Source: Bacteroidota bacterium
GTDB taxonomy: Bacteria; Bacteroidota; Ignavibacteria; UBA10030
Direction of reading: 5' to 3'
Length of the DNA stretch: 41,960 nucleotides
Assembly: GCA_003519375.1 (NCBI GenBank)
Contig: DOWV01000226.1
Span: forward strand, 11,885-53,844
Shown here: piece by piece, positions 18,873-28,380 of the stretch
Position numbering within the stretch: the stretch's first letter is position 1
Layout: the number at the start of each line of letters is the position of its first letter
Made by a program: the position numbers and the translations under genes
The notes under the pieces: model-generated
Seen by the model: the letters and a program-made list of their open reading frames with translations, nothing else
The model's database searches: none
Told to the model about the DNA's origin: nothing

Positions 18873-19502
18873 ATGCTTACCGATCGTACCGTTTCGCAAT
18901 TCCTTGATGAGCTCGCGTCACACTCGCCGGCACCCGGAGGCGGGAGCGTTGCCGCCCTCTCCGGCGCCGCAGGAGCAGCGCTTACCTCGATGGTGTGCAA
19001 CCTGACGATCGGAAAGAAGAAGTATGCTGATGTGCAGGAAGAAATATCAGCCGTGCTGAATCAGAGTGAGCGGCTTCGGAGGGAGCTGACGGTACTGATT
19101 GACAAGGATACCGACGCATTCAACAGGGTGATGGCTGCGTTTGGACTTCCCAAATCCAGTGAGCAGGAACAGACAGATCGTAACGGCGCTATCCAGGAAG
19201 CGACAAAACAAGCAACGCTCGTCCCGCTCAGCGTCATGAGTCTCTGTGAACAATCGTTGCATCTGGCCGCGGCGGTCGCGGCCAAAGGAAACAAGAATTC
19301 GGCCTCAGATGCCGGAGTCTCAGCGCTCATGCTTCAGGCGAGTTGTGCCGGTGCAGCGCTGAATGTCCGTATCAACCTCGGCGGAATCACCGACGCAGCT
19401 TTTGTGCAGCAGATTTCGGCCAGGTACAAGGAGATTTCCCGGCAGGTGGAAACGTTAACGCGGGAAGTTCTTCTCGAAGTCGAAAAGACTCTGGGAGGAT
19501 AA
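18873..19502 (+). CDS. formimidoyltetrahydrofolate cyclodeaminase (cyclodeaminase/cyclohydrolase family)
   Basis: N-terminal F...LAS..PAPGGGSVAALSGA motif in an all-helical 209-aa protein. GGGGAG lies upstream of the ATG. Confidence 0.85.
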   Translation: MLTDRTVSQFLDELASHSPAPGGGSVAALSGAAGAALTSMVCNLTIGKKKYADVQEEISAVLNQSERLRRELTVLIDKDTDAFNRVMAAFGLPKSSEQEQTDRNGAIQEATKQATLVPLSVMSLCEQSLHLAAAVAAKGNKNSASDAGVSALMLQASCAGAALNVRINLGGITDAAFVQQISARYKEISRQVETLTREVLLEVEKTLGG

Positions 19503-19523
19503 CAGACAGATCATCCGGGCAGC

Positions 19524-20240
19524 CTAAGAGCTGCCGATAATCCATCCGGCGGCCGCAATTGCGGCCGTTTCTGTTCTCAGCCTCCGCGGTCCCAGCGAAA
19601 CTGCAAGGAATCCTTTGTCGATCGCCGCCGCGATCTCCGCCTCAGTGAAACCTCCCTCCGGGCCAACCGCAATCAGGACTGAAGAAGCCCCGGGATGGTC
19701 TCCCCGCACTTTTTCGATGGAAGACGCAGCCGACGATTGTTCATGGGGAATGAGCCGAAGGGAGAATTGGCCGGCCCGGGTGAGCACATCCCCAAACGCC
19801 GAGAGCGGCAGAATCCTGGGTAGATATGCTCTCCCGCATTGCTTCATGGCAGCGAGGGCGATTTTTTCAAGCCTGGCGTGCTTCTCGTTCTTCGGTATCG
19901 ATCGTTCGGTGACCATGGGGATAATCGCTCTGACTCCCAGCTCCGTCGCCTTCTCGACCATCACGTCGAACCGGGCCGGATTACGCAGAATGGAAACCGC
20001 CAGCGTAACTTCAACCGCCGGTTCGTTGAGACGGTGCCGGCTCCTGAGGATTTCGCATTCAGCATGATCCTTTGCGATCGCGCGGATCACCGCCTCATAC
20101 GAATTGTCCTCTCCATCGAGCAATATGATTTGCTCGCCCTCTTTCTTTCTGACCACGCGCGTCAGGTGTTTGAACTCGTCGTCCCGGACGATTGCGATCC
20201 TGTCACGTATCTGTTTCGGAGAAACGTAGAAGTAGTCCAT
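19524..20240 (-). CDS. rsmE: 16S rRNA (uracil1498-N3)-methyltransferase RsmE
   Basis: Starts MDYFYVSPKQI..., the typical RsmE N-terminus. It has the C-terminal SPOUT motifs (IGPEGGF...E, SLGPRRLRTETA). Start chosen at the internal Met, so it does not overlap the upstream Omp85 gene. Confidence 0.85.
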   Translation of the reverse strand: MDYFYVSPKQIRDRIAIVRDDEFKHLTRVVRKKEGEQIILLDGEDNSYEAVIRAIAKDHAECEILRSRHRLNEPAVEVTLAVSILRNPARFDVMVEKATELGVRAIIPMVTERSIPKNEKHARLEKIALAAMKQCGRAYLPRILPLSAFGDVLTRAGQFSLRLIPHEQSSAASSIEKVRGDHPGASSVLIAVGPEGGFTEAEIAAAIDKGFLAVSLGPRRLRTETAAIAAAGWIIGSS

Positions 20241-20244
20241 AAGA

Positions 20245-21567
20245 TCAGAATGATGCTCCAAAATCGAGGACGAATTGCCCCTGCCCTTTTTGATTGAAGG
20301 CGTACTCGGTCCGGACAATCAAGCTGTACGGAAGGAGGAACTGCAATCCCGCGCCATAGCCGGTGTACCAAGGAAGCTCGGTGAATGTGCTACCCCGATA
20401 CCAGATCGTCCCCGTATCTGCGAAGAAACCCGCGTAGAGTCCGTATCGCCACACACTGAACTCCGGGGGAAGGTACTTGAGCGAGACCGTATAGTACCGC
20501 GGCATCAAGATCGGCACCCGCAGCTCGATACTCCCGGCCATCAGATTGTCTCCCTCCCGAACGGTGGAGAAATATCCGCGGATGCGTTCATCGTACCCAA
20601 AGTACGCGTGGAGATACGATGGAGACGCTCCTCCACTCAGGAACGTCCCAAAAGCACGCACACCGAGCGCTACACCATCACCCAGTGCCTCGTACCGCCT
20701 TACGTCGAGCCGAATCCTCAGAAGATTGACTTCCGACTCCCCCAATCCGTACTTGGTGACAGAGGCTCCGACATAAGACCCGTCGGTGGGAAATTCCCTC
20801 ACATCGCGTTTGTCGTACGAGAATGCAGACGCCATCGTCAGAAATCTGTCCATCCCTGTTGAAGAAACCGTCCGCCCCGGCCTTGGGTCGGGGATGCTCC
20901 ATTGATCATATCCAAGCGAAACTGAAGCAAGGGTAAAAAGCCCAAACCGTTTCCCCAGTGAGACGCTCCCACTGGTCACACGCTGATCATACTCCGCGTC
21001 CGCAACATTGAGATTACGAACGGACGACGTACTGATTGCTGCTCTGAAAAAGATGTCATCGTTCTCAGTCAGTTTGGGATTTTGATAGGCCAGGTTGAAC
21101 CAGCTGTCGTACCCGAACACTGCCGAAGCCATGACTTTTTCGTTGCGACCTCTGAAGTTCTGGTGGATCAGCGCTGCACCGTAGAACGGCTTCTTCACAT
21201 CCCGATATTTGAAACCAAAAATCGGGACGGGGAAAATATACCAACGTTCGCTGACTTTGATAGTGACCGTCGCCTGTTGATCCCTGACCGTGAAGCCGGA
21301 TTCAACTCTGTTGAACAGCTGAAGGCTGTAGATCTTGTTCTCGTCGCGCTTCAACGCCGCCGTGTCGAGAACCGAGCCCACTTTCTGGGACATCTCCCGG
21401 AGGATGACCTGATCTTTCGTCGTTTCATTTCCTTCGATGAGGATTTGTTTCACCACGATTGCTGAATCCGAACGTTCCTGCCCCGATACACTTTCCGGCA
21501 GGCATGGCAGTGCGGCTGCCAGGGCGGCTATCAAATGAACAAACTGGTTTGCCGTTCTTATCAACAA
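20245..21567 (-). CDS. Omp85/BamA-family outer-membrane protein (single POTRA + surface-antigen barrel)
   Basis: Signal-like N-terminus. A POTRA segment (IEGNETTKDQVILREM..KVGSVLD...L..D...I..L..F) is followed by alternating beta-strand sequence. It ends in an aromatic C-terminal residue (...DFGASF). Confidence 0.8.
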   Translation of the reverse strand: MLIRTANQFVHLIAALAAALPCLPESVSGQERSDSAIVVKQILIEGNETTKDQVILREMSQKVGSVLDTAALKRDENKIYSLQLFNRVESGFTVRDQQATVTIKVSERWYIFPVPIFGFKYRDVKKPFYGAALIHQNFRGRNEKVMASAVFGYDSWFNLAYQNPKLTENDDIFFRAAISTSSVRNLNVADAEYDQRVTSGSVSLGKRFGLFTLASVSLGYDQWSIPDPRPGRTVSSTGMDRFLTMASAFSYDKRDVREFPTDGSYVGASVTKYGLGESEVNLLRIRLDVRRYEALGDGVALGVRAFGTFLSGGASPSYLHAYFGYDERIRGYFSTVREGDNLMAGSIELRVPILMPRYYTVSLKYLPPEFSVWRYGLYAGFFADTGTIWYRGSTFTELPWYTGYGAGLQFLLPYSLIVRTEYAFNQKGQGQFVLDFGASF

Positions 21568-21654
21568 GACACATCTCTCACAGTATTCACCCCTTTGGAC
21601 GCGAAAAACCCCTCCCGGCTGCGACAGGAGGGGTCGGAAGGCACTGCTTCTGTT

Positions 21655-22065
21655 TTACTGCACCAACCGCCGGTACTCCACCGCGATACATCGATCCATG
21701 ACGACATTCAATCCGGCCTCCTCTGCGCGGCGGGCAGCCTCCTCATGTACAACGTCGAGCTGCATCCAGACGGTTCCGGCGCGGATTTTAACAGCTTCCT
21801 CCACTATGGGCATGACCTCGTCCGGCCGGCGGAAGATGTCGACGATATCAACCGGGGACCCGATCGAAGTGAGATCGGGAAAACACTTCATCCCAAACAC
21901 GTCCGCATAGGCAGGATTGACCGGAATGACGGTGAAACCCTTCCTCGCCAGATAGTCGGCTATTGTGCCGCTATCGCGGCCAGGCTTGGGCGATGCTCCG
22001 ACCACGGCAATGGATTTTGCGTTCTTCAGAATCTCCCTGATCGATGCATCGTCTTTGATGGGCAT
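21655..22065 (-). CDS. CoA-binding protein (YccU/CoA_binding_2 family)
   Basis: KSIAVVGASPKPGRDS...GF.VIPVNP Rossmann-like motif. Length is 136 aa. Confidence 0.85.
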   Translation of the reverse strand: MPIKDDASIREILKNAKSIAVVGASPKPGRDSGTIADYLARKGFTVIPVNPAYADVFGMKCFPDLTSIGSPVDIVDIFRRPDEVMPIVEEAVKIRAGTVWMQLDVVHEEAARRAEEAGLNVVMDRCIAVEYRRLVQ

Positions 22066-22077
22066 CCTGTTCCCCGG

Positions 22078-24978
22078 TTATAAAACGTGTTCCTCGTACT
22101 GTTCGATCGGCGGGCAGGAACACATAACGTTTCTGTCACCGTAGGTGTCGTTGATACGCCCGACGGACGGCCAGAATTTTCTCGCGACAAGATACGGCAG
22201 CGGGTAGGCAGCCTTTGATCTGGAATACTTGTGAGCCCACAGATCAGACACGACAGAGGCGGCCGTATGCGGCGCGTTCTTCAGAACATTGTCATTCCTG
22301 TCCGATGTGCCGTCGATGATTTCCTGAATTTCCTGACGGATAGCGATCAAGGCCTCCGCAAACCTGTCGAGCTCGGCCTTCGATTCGCTCTCCGTCGGCT
22401 CGATCATGAGCGTATCGTGCACGGGAAATGAAACCGTTGGAGCGTGGAAGCCGTAGTCCATCAACCGCTTTGCGATGTCACTGACTTCCACCCCGGCCTC
22501 CTCTTTGAATTGCTTCATGTTGAGGATGAATTCATGGCCGACCCGTCCGTTCTTCCCTTCGTAGAGCACCGGGAAGTGCTTCTGAAGTCGCGCTTTCAGA
22601 TAGTTCGCGTTCAGAATCGCGTACCGCGTCGCGTCCAGAACCCCATGGGCGCCCAGCATCTTGATGTAGGCGTAGGAGATAAGGAGAATGCTCGGACTCC
22701 CCCACGGCGCTGACGAAACAGCGTGAATCGCCTTGCTTCCGCCCACATGCACCACGGGGTGACCCGGAAGATACGGAGCGAGATGCGATGCCACGCAAAT
22801 CGGCCCCATGCCCGGTCCACCGCCGCCATGAGGAATGCCAAACGTCTTGTGAAGATTGATGTGGCAGACATCAGCCCCGATAAGTCCCGGGCTGGTCAAT
22901 CCGACCTGTGCATTCAGATTTGCACCATCCATGTACACAAGACCGCCATGTTCGTGGACAATCGCGCAGATCTCTTTGATTTTTTCTTCGAAGACCCCAT
23001 GCGTGGAGGGATAGGTGACCATCAACGCGCCCAGCGAATCCTTGTTCGCAGCAGCCTTTGAGCGGAGATCCTCCACGTCGATGTTGCCCTGCTTGTCGCA
23101 GCTCACGACAACGACTTTGTAGCCTGCCATGACTGCACTGGCAGGATTGGTGCCGTGTGCTGATGATGGAATGAGGGCGACCGTTCGACGCGCCTGCCCT
23201 TTGTCGCGGTGGAAGGCTCTTATCACCATCAGCCCCGAGAATTCTCCTTGCGCGCCGGAGTTGGGCTGAAGCGATGCTGCCGCGAATCCGGTCATGGCAC
23301 ACAGATCATCCTCGAGCTCCTTGAAGATTTGCATATACCCTTCAGCCTGCTCGATCGGGGCGAACGGATGCAGCTGGCTGAATTCCCTCCAGCTGACCGG
23401 CATTAATTCGGTTGCAGCGTTCAGCTTCATCGTGCATGACCCTAGCGGAGTCATCGCATGTGCCAATGAAAGATCGCGATTCTCCAATCCCTTGAGGTAC
23501 CGCATCATTTCGGTCTCGGAATGGTAGCTGCTGAAGACCGGGTGCTGAAGGTATGCGCTCGTGCGCTGGAAAGGAGCCGGATAGTCGAGACTGAGGGAAG
23601 CATAGCGCGACGGCACATCGACGGCAGGAGCAGAAACGCCCTTCGCGCCTGCGAACGCCGCCAAGAGAGCTTTCACATCGGCAGAGCCCGTTGTTTCATC
23701 CAGCGAAATCCCAATATGCTTGTCGTCCAATGCCCGCAGATTGTAGCCGTTCGCCCGGGCCAACTGGTGGATATTTTTCGCCGTCGCTGCATCTTGGACC
23801 GCGACCTTCAGCGTATCGAAGTATTGAGCGTTCAGCTGCGAAAATCCCAGCAGCTCCAGCTCCTTCTCGAGCGCCTTGGCATAGGCGTGCACACGGGTCG
23901 CTATCCGTTTGATGCCGTCTGGACCGTGATAGACGGCGTACATTCCGGCCATAATAGCGAGGAGCGCCTGTGCCGTGCAGATATTAGAAGTAGCTTTTTC
24001 ACGGCGGATGTGCTGCTCGCGCGTTTGCAGGGTCATACGGTACGCGCGATTGTTTTGGGCGTCAATCGAAACACCGATGATGCGGCCGGGAAGGCTCCGG
24101 ATATATTCATTCCGTGTCGCAAAGAATCCCGCGTGCGGTCCGCCGTATCCGAGAGGAACTCCAAACCGCTGAGAGTTACCGACAACGACATCTGCGCCGA
24201 ATTCTCCCGGCGGCGTCAGAAGCGCAAGGCTCAGGAGATCGGATGCAACGATGACCAGCCCGCCTGCCGCGTGGGCGGCTTCGATGAAATGCCGATAGTC
24301 TTCGACGGCACCATCCTGCGCGGGATATTGAATGACGGCAGCGAAGAATGACCTGTCCAGGTTTATCCGGCGATGGTCGCCCACAACGACCTCGATGCCG
24401 ATCGCTGATGCCCTCGTCTTTACGACGGAGATTGTTTGGGCAAAGCATGCATCCGAAACAAAAATCTTGTCTGCCGGCGAGCCATTCGTGTGCTTGTTGA
24501 CTATTCCATGAAGCATGGTCATGGCTTCCGCCGCGGCTGTCCCTTCATCGAGCAGCGAGGCGTTAGCGACCTCCATGCCCGTTATGTCCATCACCATGGT
24601 CTGGAAGTTGAGGAGCGCTTCGAGGCGGCCCTGTGAAATCTCGGGCTGGTAAGGAGTGTATTGCGTATACCAGCCGGGATTTTCAAACACGTTGCGCAGG
24701 ATAACGCTCGGCGTCACGCACCCGTAATAACCCTGTCCGAGATACGACTTGAACACAGAATTTTTCCCGGCGATTACGCGCAGACGTTCGAGGAATTCTT
24801 GTTCACTTACCGGGGCGGCGAGTCCGGGTTCCTTCCCCAGCCGAATCGCTGGAGGGATTGTTTGATCGATCAGCTCTTCGAGTGATGATGCGCCTACAGC
24901 TTCCAGCATCGGAGCGAGGTCGCGGTCCTGCGGGCCAATATGGCGTGGTGCGAAACTGCTGTTCTCAAAGGGGGTCAT
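22078..24978 (-). CDS. gcvP: glycine dehydrogenase (decarboxylating), single-chain P protein of the glycine cleavage system
   Basis: 966 aa. N-terminal F..RHIGP, and the PLP-lysine region CHINLHKTFGIPHGGGGPGMGPI. Confidence 0.95.
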   Translation of the reverse strand: MTPFENSSFAPRHIGPQDRDLAPMLEAVGASSLEELIDQTIPPAIRLGKEPGLAAPVSEQEFLERLRVIAGKNSVFKSYLGQGYYGCVTPSVILRNVFENPGWYTQYTPYQPEISQGRLEALLNFQTMVMDITGMEVANASLLDEGTAAAEAMTMLHGIVNKHTNGSPADKIFVSDACFAQTISVVKTRASAIGIEVVVGDHRRINLDRSFFAAVIQYPAQDGAVEDYRHFIEAAHAAGGLVIVASDLLSLALLTPPGEFGADVVVGNSQRFGVPLGYGGPHAGFFATRNEYIRSLPGRIIGVSIDAQNNRAYRMTLQTREQHIRREKATSNICTAQALLAIMAGMYAVYHGPDGIKRIATRVHAYAKALEKELELLGFSQLNAQYFDTLKVAVQDAATAKNIHQLARANGYNLRALDDKHIGISLDETTGSADVKALLAAFAGAKGVSAPAVDVPSRYASLSLDYPAPFQRTSAYLQHPVFSSYHSETEMMRYLKGLENRDLSLAHAMTPLGSCTMKLNAATELMPVSWREFSQLHPFAPIEQAEGYMQIFKELEDDLCAMTGFAAASLQPNSGAQGEFSGLMVIRAFHRDKGQARRTVALIPSSAHGTNPASAVMAGYKVVVVSCDKQGNIDVEDLRSKAAANKDSLGALMVTYPSTHGVFEEKIKEICAIVHEHGGLVYMDGANLNAQVGLTSPGLIGADVCHINLHKTFGIPHGGGGPGMGPICVASHLAPYLPGHPVVHVGGSKAIHAVSSAPWGSPSILLISYAYIKMLGAHGVLDATRYAILNANYLKARLQKHFPVLYEGKNGRVGHEFILNMKQFKEEAGVEVSDIAKRLMDYGFHAPTVSFPVHDTLMIEPTESESKAELDRFAEALIAIRQEIQEIIDGTSDRNDNVLKNAPHTAASVVSDLWAHKYSRSKAAYPLPYLVARKFWPSVGRINDTYGDRNVMCSCPPIEQYEEHVL

Positions 24979-24989
24979 GGTCTCTTTGT

Positions 24990-25832
24990 CTAGGATTCGG
25001 TTATTGCGGATTGGTTGGCATGAATGCGCTCGATGGCTTGCGCGGCAGCGGCCTGTTCGGCGTCTTTCTTGCTGCGGCCGGTCCCGGACCCGAGGTTTTC
25101 GGTGCCGAGAAAGACATCGACGGTGAACCGGCGGTCGTGATCCGGCCCATCTTCGCGCACAATGGCATAGCGCGGGACGCCGAGCGAATGTCCCTGCGAA
25201 TATTCCAGCAAAGCACTTTTGTAGTTGTCATCAGTCATTGCGGAGGTCAGAACACTCGTATCCGAAAGAAGCGTTCTCGTCACAAAGGCCTGGGCCGCCT
25301 TCAAGCCGCCGTCGAGATAAAGAGCTCCGATGATCGCTTCAAACGCATCAGCCAGAATGGAATCGGATCCGCTGTCGACCGACTGAACGGCGCTGGAGCT
25401 CAGGAGCAGGAATTCGGAGATCCTCAGTTCTTTCGCGCGCTGGGCGAGAGCCTTTCGGTTAACGAGCCGGGACCGGATTTTCGTCAGGTCACCTTCCTCC
25501 ATGGACGGATACGTACGGTAGAGATAGTCTGCGACAATGGAATTGAGTATGGCGTCGCCGAGAAACTCCAGGCGTTCGTTGGATTGGGTCTGAGGGTTGA
25601 GGTACTGCAGGTACGAGCGATGAAGGAGGGACTGATAGAACAGCGCCCAGGTTCTTGGGCGATAGGCAATAAGCTTCTCGAATCGGGCGAAGTCGAATTT
25701 CTTCTCGTGGAAGGACGGCTCTAAGATCGCCGGATCCTGACCGGGAAGAACGAAACTACGTCGACGGAGAAAAAGCCGCTGAAACAGTTTTCCGAGTGCC
25801 TTGAACACACAACACTCCGACCCATCCGGCAC
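24990..25832 (-). CDS. rnc: ribonuclease III
   Basis: Signature ERLEFLGDAILN and a C-terminal dsRBD (K..LLEY.Q......P.Y........GPDH...F.V......G.G.GRSKK.AEQ.AA). It carries a ~45-aa N-terminal extension, so the exact start is uncertain. Confidence 0.9.
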   Translation of the reverse strand: MPDGSECCVFKALGKLFQRLFLRRRSFVLPGQDPAILEPSFHEKKFDFARFEKLIAYRPRTWALFYQSLLHRSYLQYLNPQTQSNERLEFLGDAILNSIVADYLYRTYPSMEEGDLTKIRSRLVNRKALAQRAKELRISEFLLLSSSAVQSVDSGSDSILADAFEAIIGALYLDGGLKAAQAFVTRTLLSDTSVLTSAMTDDNYKSALLEYSQGHSLGVPRYAIVREDGPDHDRRFTVDVFLGTENLGSGTGRSKKDAEQAAAAQAIERIHANQSAITES

Positions 25833-25841
25833 CTGACGCTG

Positions 25842-27101
25842 TTATGTCTGGTATCGACGGAAGAGCAATGACGCGTTATGACCGCCGAACCCGAATGTGT
25901 TGCTGAGTGCCGTGTCGACGGACCAGTCCTTTGAAACATTCGGGACGTAACTCAGGTCACAGTCGGGGTCGGAGGTCTCGTAATTGATTGTGGGATGGAC
26001 CTTGCGATCGATGATCGACATGATCGTCGCGATGGCTTCGACAGCCCCGGCTGCGCCGAGCAAATGTCCGATCATGGATTTGGTGGAGTTGATCGCCATC
26101 TTGTAGGCACGCTGGCCGAACACCGTCTTGATCGCCGCGGTCTCGCTCTTGTCGCCTACGGTCGTCGACGTGCCATGGGTGTTGACATAATCGATATCAT
26201 CCGGACTGAGTTCCGCGTCGCCAATTGCCCGGCGCATGGCGCGTACGGCTCCTTCTCCGCCGGGAGCGGGCTCCGTGATGTGATGAGCATCTCCCGTAAA
26301 TCCGATTCCGGCGATTTCAACATAAATTCTCGCCCCGCGCCTCAGTGCGTGCTGCAGCTCTTCGATGACAAGGATCCCCGAGCCTTCGCCCATGACAAAA
26401 CCGTCGCGGTTCACGTCGAACGGACGGCTCGCTTTCTCCGGAGCATCGTTTCGGGTCGAAAGCGCTTTCATCGCGTTGCCCCCGCCGATTCCCATGGGGC
26501 ATATAGCCGCTTCTGCCCCGCCGGTCACCATCACGTCGGCGTCTCCGCGCTGAATGAGCATGAACGCGTCACCGATGGCATGCGAAGAGGTCGCACACGC
26601 CGAAGTTGTCGCGTAATTGGGTCCCTTCAAACCATACTTCATCGAGATTCGCCCCGGAGCGATATCCGAGATCATCATCGGAATGAAGAACGGGCTGATA
26701 TGGTGAGGACCTTTGGACTCCCAAAGGGCCTGCTGCTGCCTATGGTACGTCCACATACCGCCGATACCGGACCCGACGATGACACCGATCTTTTCCTTGT
26801 CTTCGTTCTCCAGTTTCAGTCCCGAATCAGCAATCGCCATGTCCGTGGCAACCAACGCGAACTGCGTGAAGAGGTCGGTGCGCTGCGCGAGCTTGCGATC
26901 CATGTGTTTCATCGGGTCAAATCCTTTGACCTCGCATGCAAACTTGGTATCGTAGTTCGATACATCGAAATAGGTGATCGGGGCTGCACCACTCTTGCCG
27001 GCGAGCAAATTAGCCCAGAATTCACTGACGTTGTGTCCGAGCGGAGTAATCGCCCCTATCCCAGTGACAACGACCCTTCGCTTTGGTCCCGTTAATGCCA
27101 T
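25842..27101 (-). CDS. fabF: beta-ketoacyl-ACP synthase II
   Basis: Active-site Cys region TACATSSHAIG, plus the HGTSTTVGD and GHLLGAAG motifs. Length is 419 aa. Confidence 0.95.
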   Translation of the reverse strand: MALTGPKRRVVVTGIGAITPLGHNVSEFWANLLAGKSGAAPITYFDVSNYDTKFACEVKGFDPMKHMDRKLAQRTDLFTQFALVATDMAIADSGLKLENEDKEKIGVIVGSGIGGMWTYHRQQQALWESKGPHHISPFFIPMMISDIAPGRISMKYGLKGPNYATTSACATSSHAIGDAFMLIQRGDADVMVTGGAEAAICPMGIGGGNAMKALSTRNDAPEKASRPFDVNRDGFVMGEGSGILVIEELQHALRRGARIYVEIAGIGFTGDAHHITEPAPGGEGAVRAMRRAIGDAELSPDDIDYVNTHGTSTTVGDKSETAAIKTVFGQRAYKMAINSTKSMIGHLLGAAGAVEAIATIMSIIDRKVHPTINYETSDPDCDLSYVPNVSKDWSVDTALSNTFGFGGHNASLLFRRYQT

Positions 27102-27201
27102 GGTCCTCTATCCTTCGGTTCTGTGGAGACGAGACAGCAGATCCGGCGAGCCGGGAGTTGAAGCCCCGTCGCCTGACAGCTGTGAACATGCCGATGAACA
27201 A

Positions 27202-27438
27202 TCAGGAAATCTTCGACTTCAGATAGTTCACCGCATCGCCGACGGTAGCAATCTTCTCGGCATCTTCGTCCGGAATCTGAACGTTGAATGCCTTCTCGAA
27301 TTCCATCACGAGCTCCACCGTGTCGAGCGAGTCCGCACCAAGGTCGTTCGTGAAGGATGCTTCCATCGTGATCTGGGCCTCATCGACGCCAAGTTTGGAA
27401 ACGATAATCTCTTTAACCTTCTTATCTATGTCTGCCAT
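27202..27438 (-). CDS. acpP: acyl carrier protein
   Basis: [17 protein letters not shown] phosphopantetheine-attachment motif in a 78-aa protein. AAAGGAG lies upstream of the ATG. Confidence 0.95.
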   Translation of the reverse strand: MADIDKKVKEIIVSKLGVDEAQITMEASFTNDLGADSLDTVELVMEFEKAFNVQIPDEDAEKIATVGDAVNYLKSKIS

Positions 27439-27618
27439 AAAAGTGCTCCTTTCAAGAGATGATAGTGATGTGTATTCGTACTCGAGTTCTGTCGGTTCAG
27501 TTCAAAAGCGGTGCCACGAAGACACCAAGGCACAAGGGTTTGAAACAGATCGAAAAACAAAAAGCTTTTCTTAGCGCCTTTGGGACTTAGAGGCAGATTT
27601 CATGTTTCAGCCGATTCT

Positions 27619-28365
27619 TTAGATAACAAGACCGCCATCGACACACAGGACCTGGCCTGTGATATATCGCGCCGACGGCGATGCAAGGAAGACAGCGACA
27701 GCCGCGATTTCCTCCGGCTCCGCCGTCCTTTTCATTGGTACCGCTGCGAGAAGCGCTTCCCGCTGCTTATCGTTGAGTTTCTTTGTCATTCCGGTTTCGA
27801 CAAACCCCGGAGCGATAGCATTGACCTGAATGTTGCGAGAAGCTAGCTCTTTTGCAAGTGTTTTCGTGATTCCGATGACTCCCGCTTTCGAAGCGGCGTA
27901 GTTCACCTGACCTGCGTTACCGATAACCCCAACCACCGACGCGATGTTGATGATGTTCCCGCCACGCTGGCTGATCATCTGCTTCCCCGCCGCCCGACAG
28001 AAATTGAAGGTACCTTTCAAATTCGTGTCCAGAACCATGTCCCACTCCTCCTCCGTCATGCGCATCAACAAATTGTCTCTCGTGATCCCGGCATTGTTCA
28101 CAAGAATATCGATTCGCTGAAATTCTGCGACGACATCGTCCACCACTTTCTGAGCTGACCCAAACTGGCTGACATCAGACTGGAGGGCCAGTACTCGTAC
28201 TCCTTTTGCGCGGACAAGTTCCTTGGTCTCTTCCGCCGCCACACCCAACACGATGTCCGAGAACGCAATGTTTGCACCTTCAGCAGCAAGCGCGAGGGAA
28301 ATTGCACGTCCGATTCCTTGCGCTCCACCTGTGACGAGTGCTATTTTGTTTTCGAGTACGCCCAT
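27619..28365 (-). CDS. fabG: 3-oxoacyl-ACP reductase
   Basis: SDR motifs TGGAQGIGRA, NNAG and YAASKAG. Length is 248 aa. Confidence 0.95.
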   Translation of the reverse strand: MGVLENKIALVTGGAQGIGRAISLALAAEGANIAFSDIVLGVAAEETKELVRAKGVRVLALQSDVSQFGSAQKVVDDVVAEFQRIDILVNNAGITRDNLLMRMTEEEWDMVLDTNLKGTFNFCRAAGKQMISQRGGNIINIASVVGVIGNAGQVNYAASKAGVIGITKTLAKELASRNIQVNAIAPGFVETGMTKKLNDKQREALLAAVPMKRTAEPEEIAAVAVFLASPSARYITGQVLCVDGGLVI

Positions 28366-28380
28366 GGTTCGTTCCGCCTC

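Noticed and set aside
19535-19570. Hairpins at the convergent junction of the cyclodeaminase and rsmE genes, as a bidirectional terminator (GGCAGC-ctaaga-GCTGCC and GGCCGC-aatt-GCGGCC followed by GTTTCTGTT).
   Set aside because: - Both lie largely inside the rsmE coding sequence.
- The stems are short (6 bp).
- The T tract is interrupted.
- It is plausible, but too weak to annotate as a feature.
27501-27533. Sigma54-like element on the minus strand upstream of acpP (TGGCAC-cgctt-TTGA). Other TGGCAC strings occur at 15555-15575 and 37638-37655.
   Set aside because: - The -12 element is TTGA, not TTGC, in the acpP case. The same bases also form a GTGCC/GGCAC hairpin.
- The other two strings fail the GG-N10-GC spacing rule.
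- No credible RpoN promoter could be established by eye.
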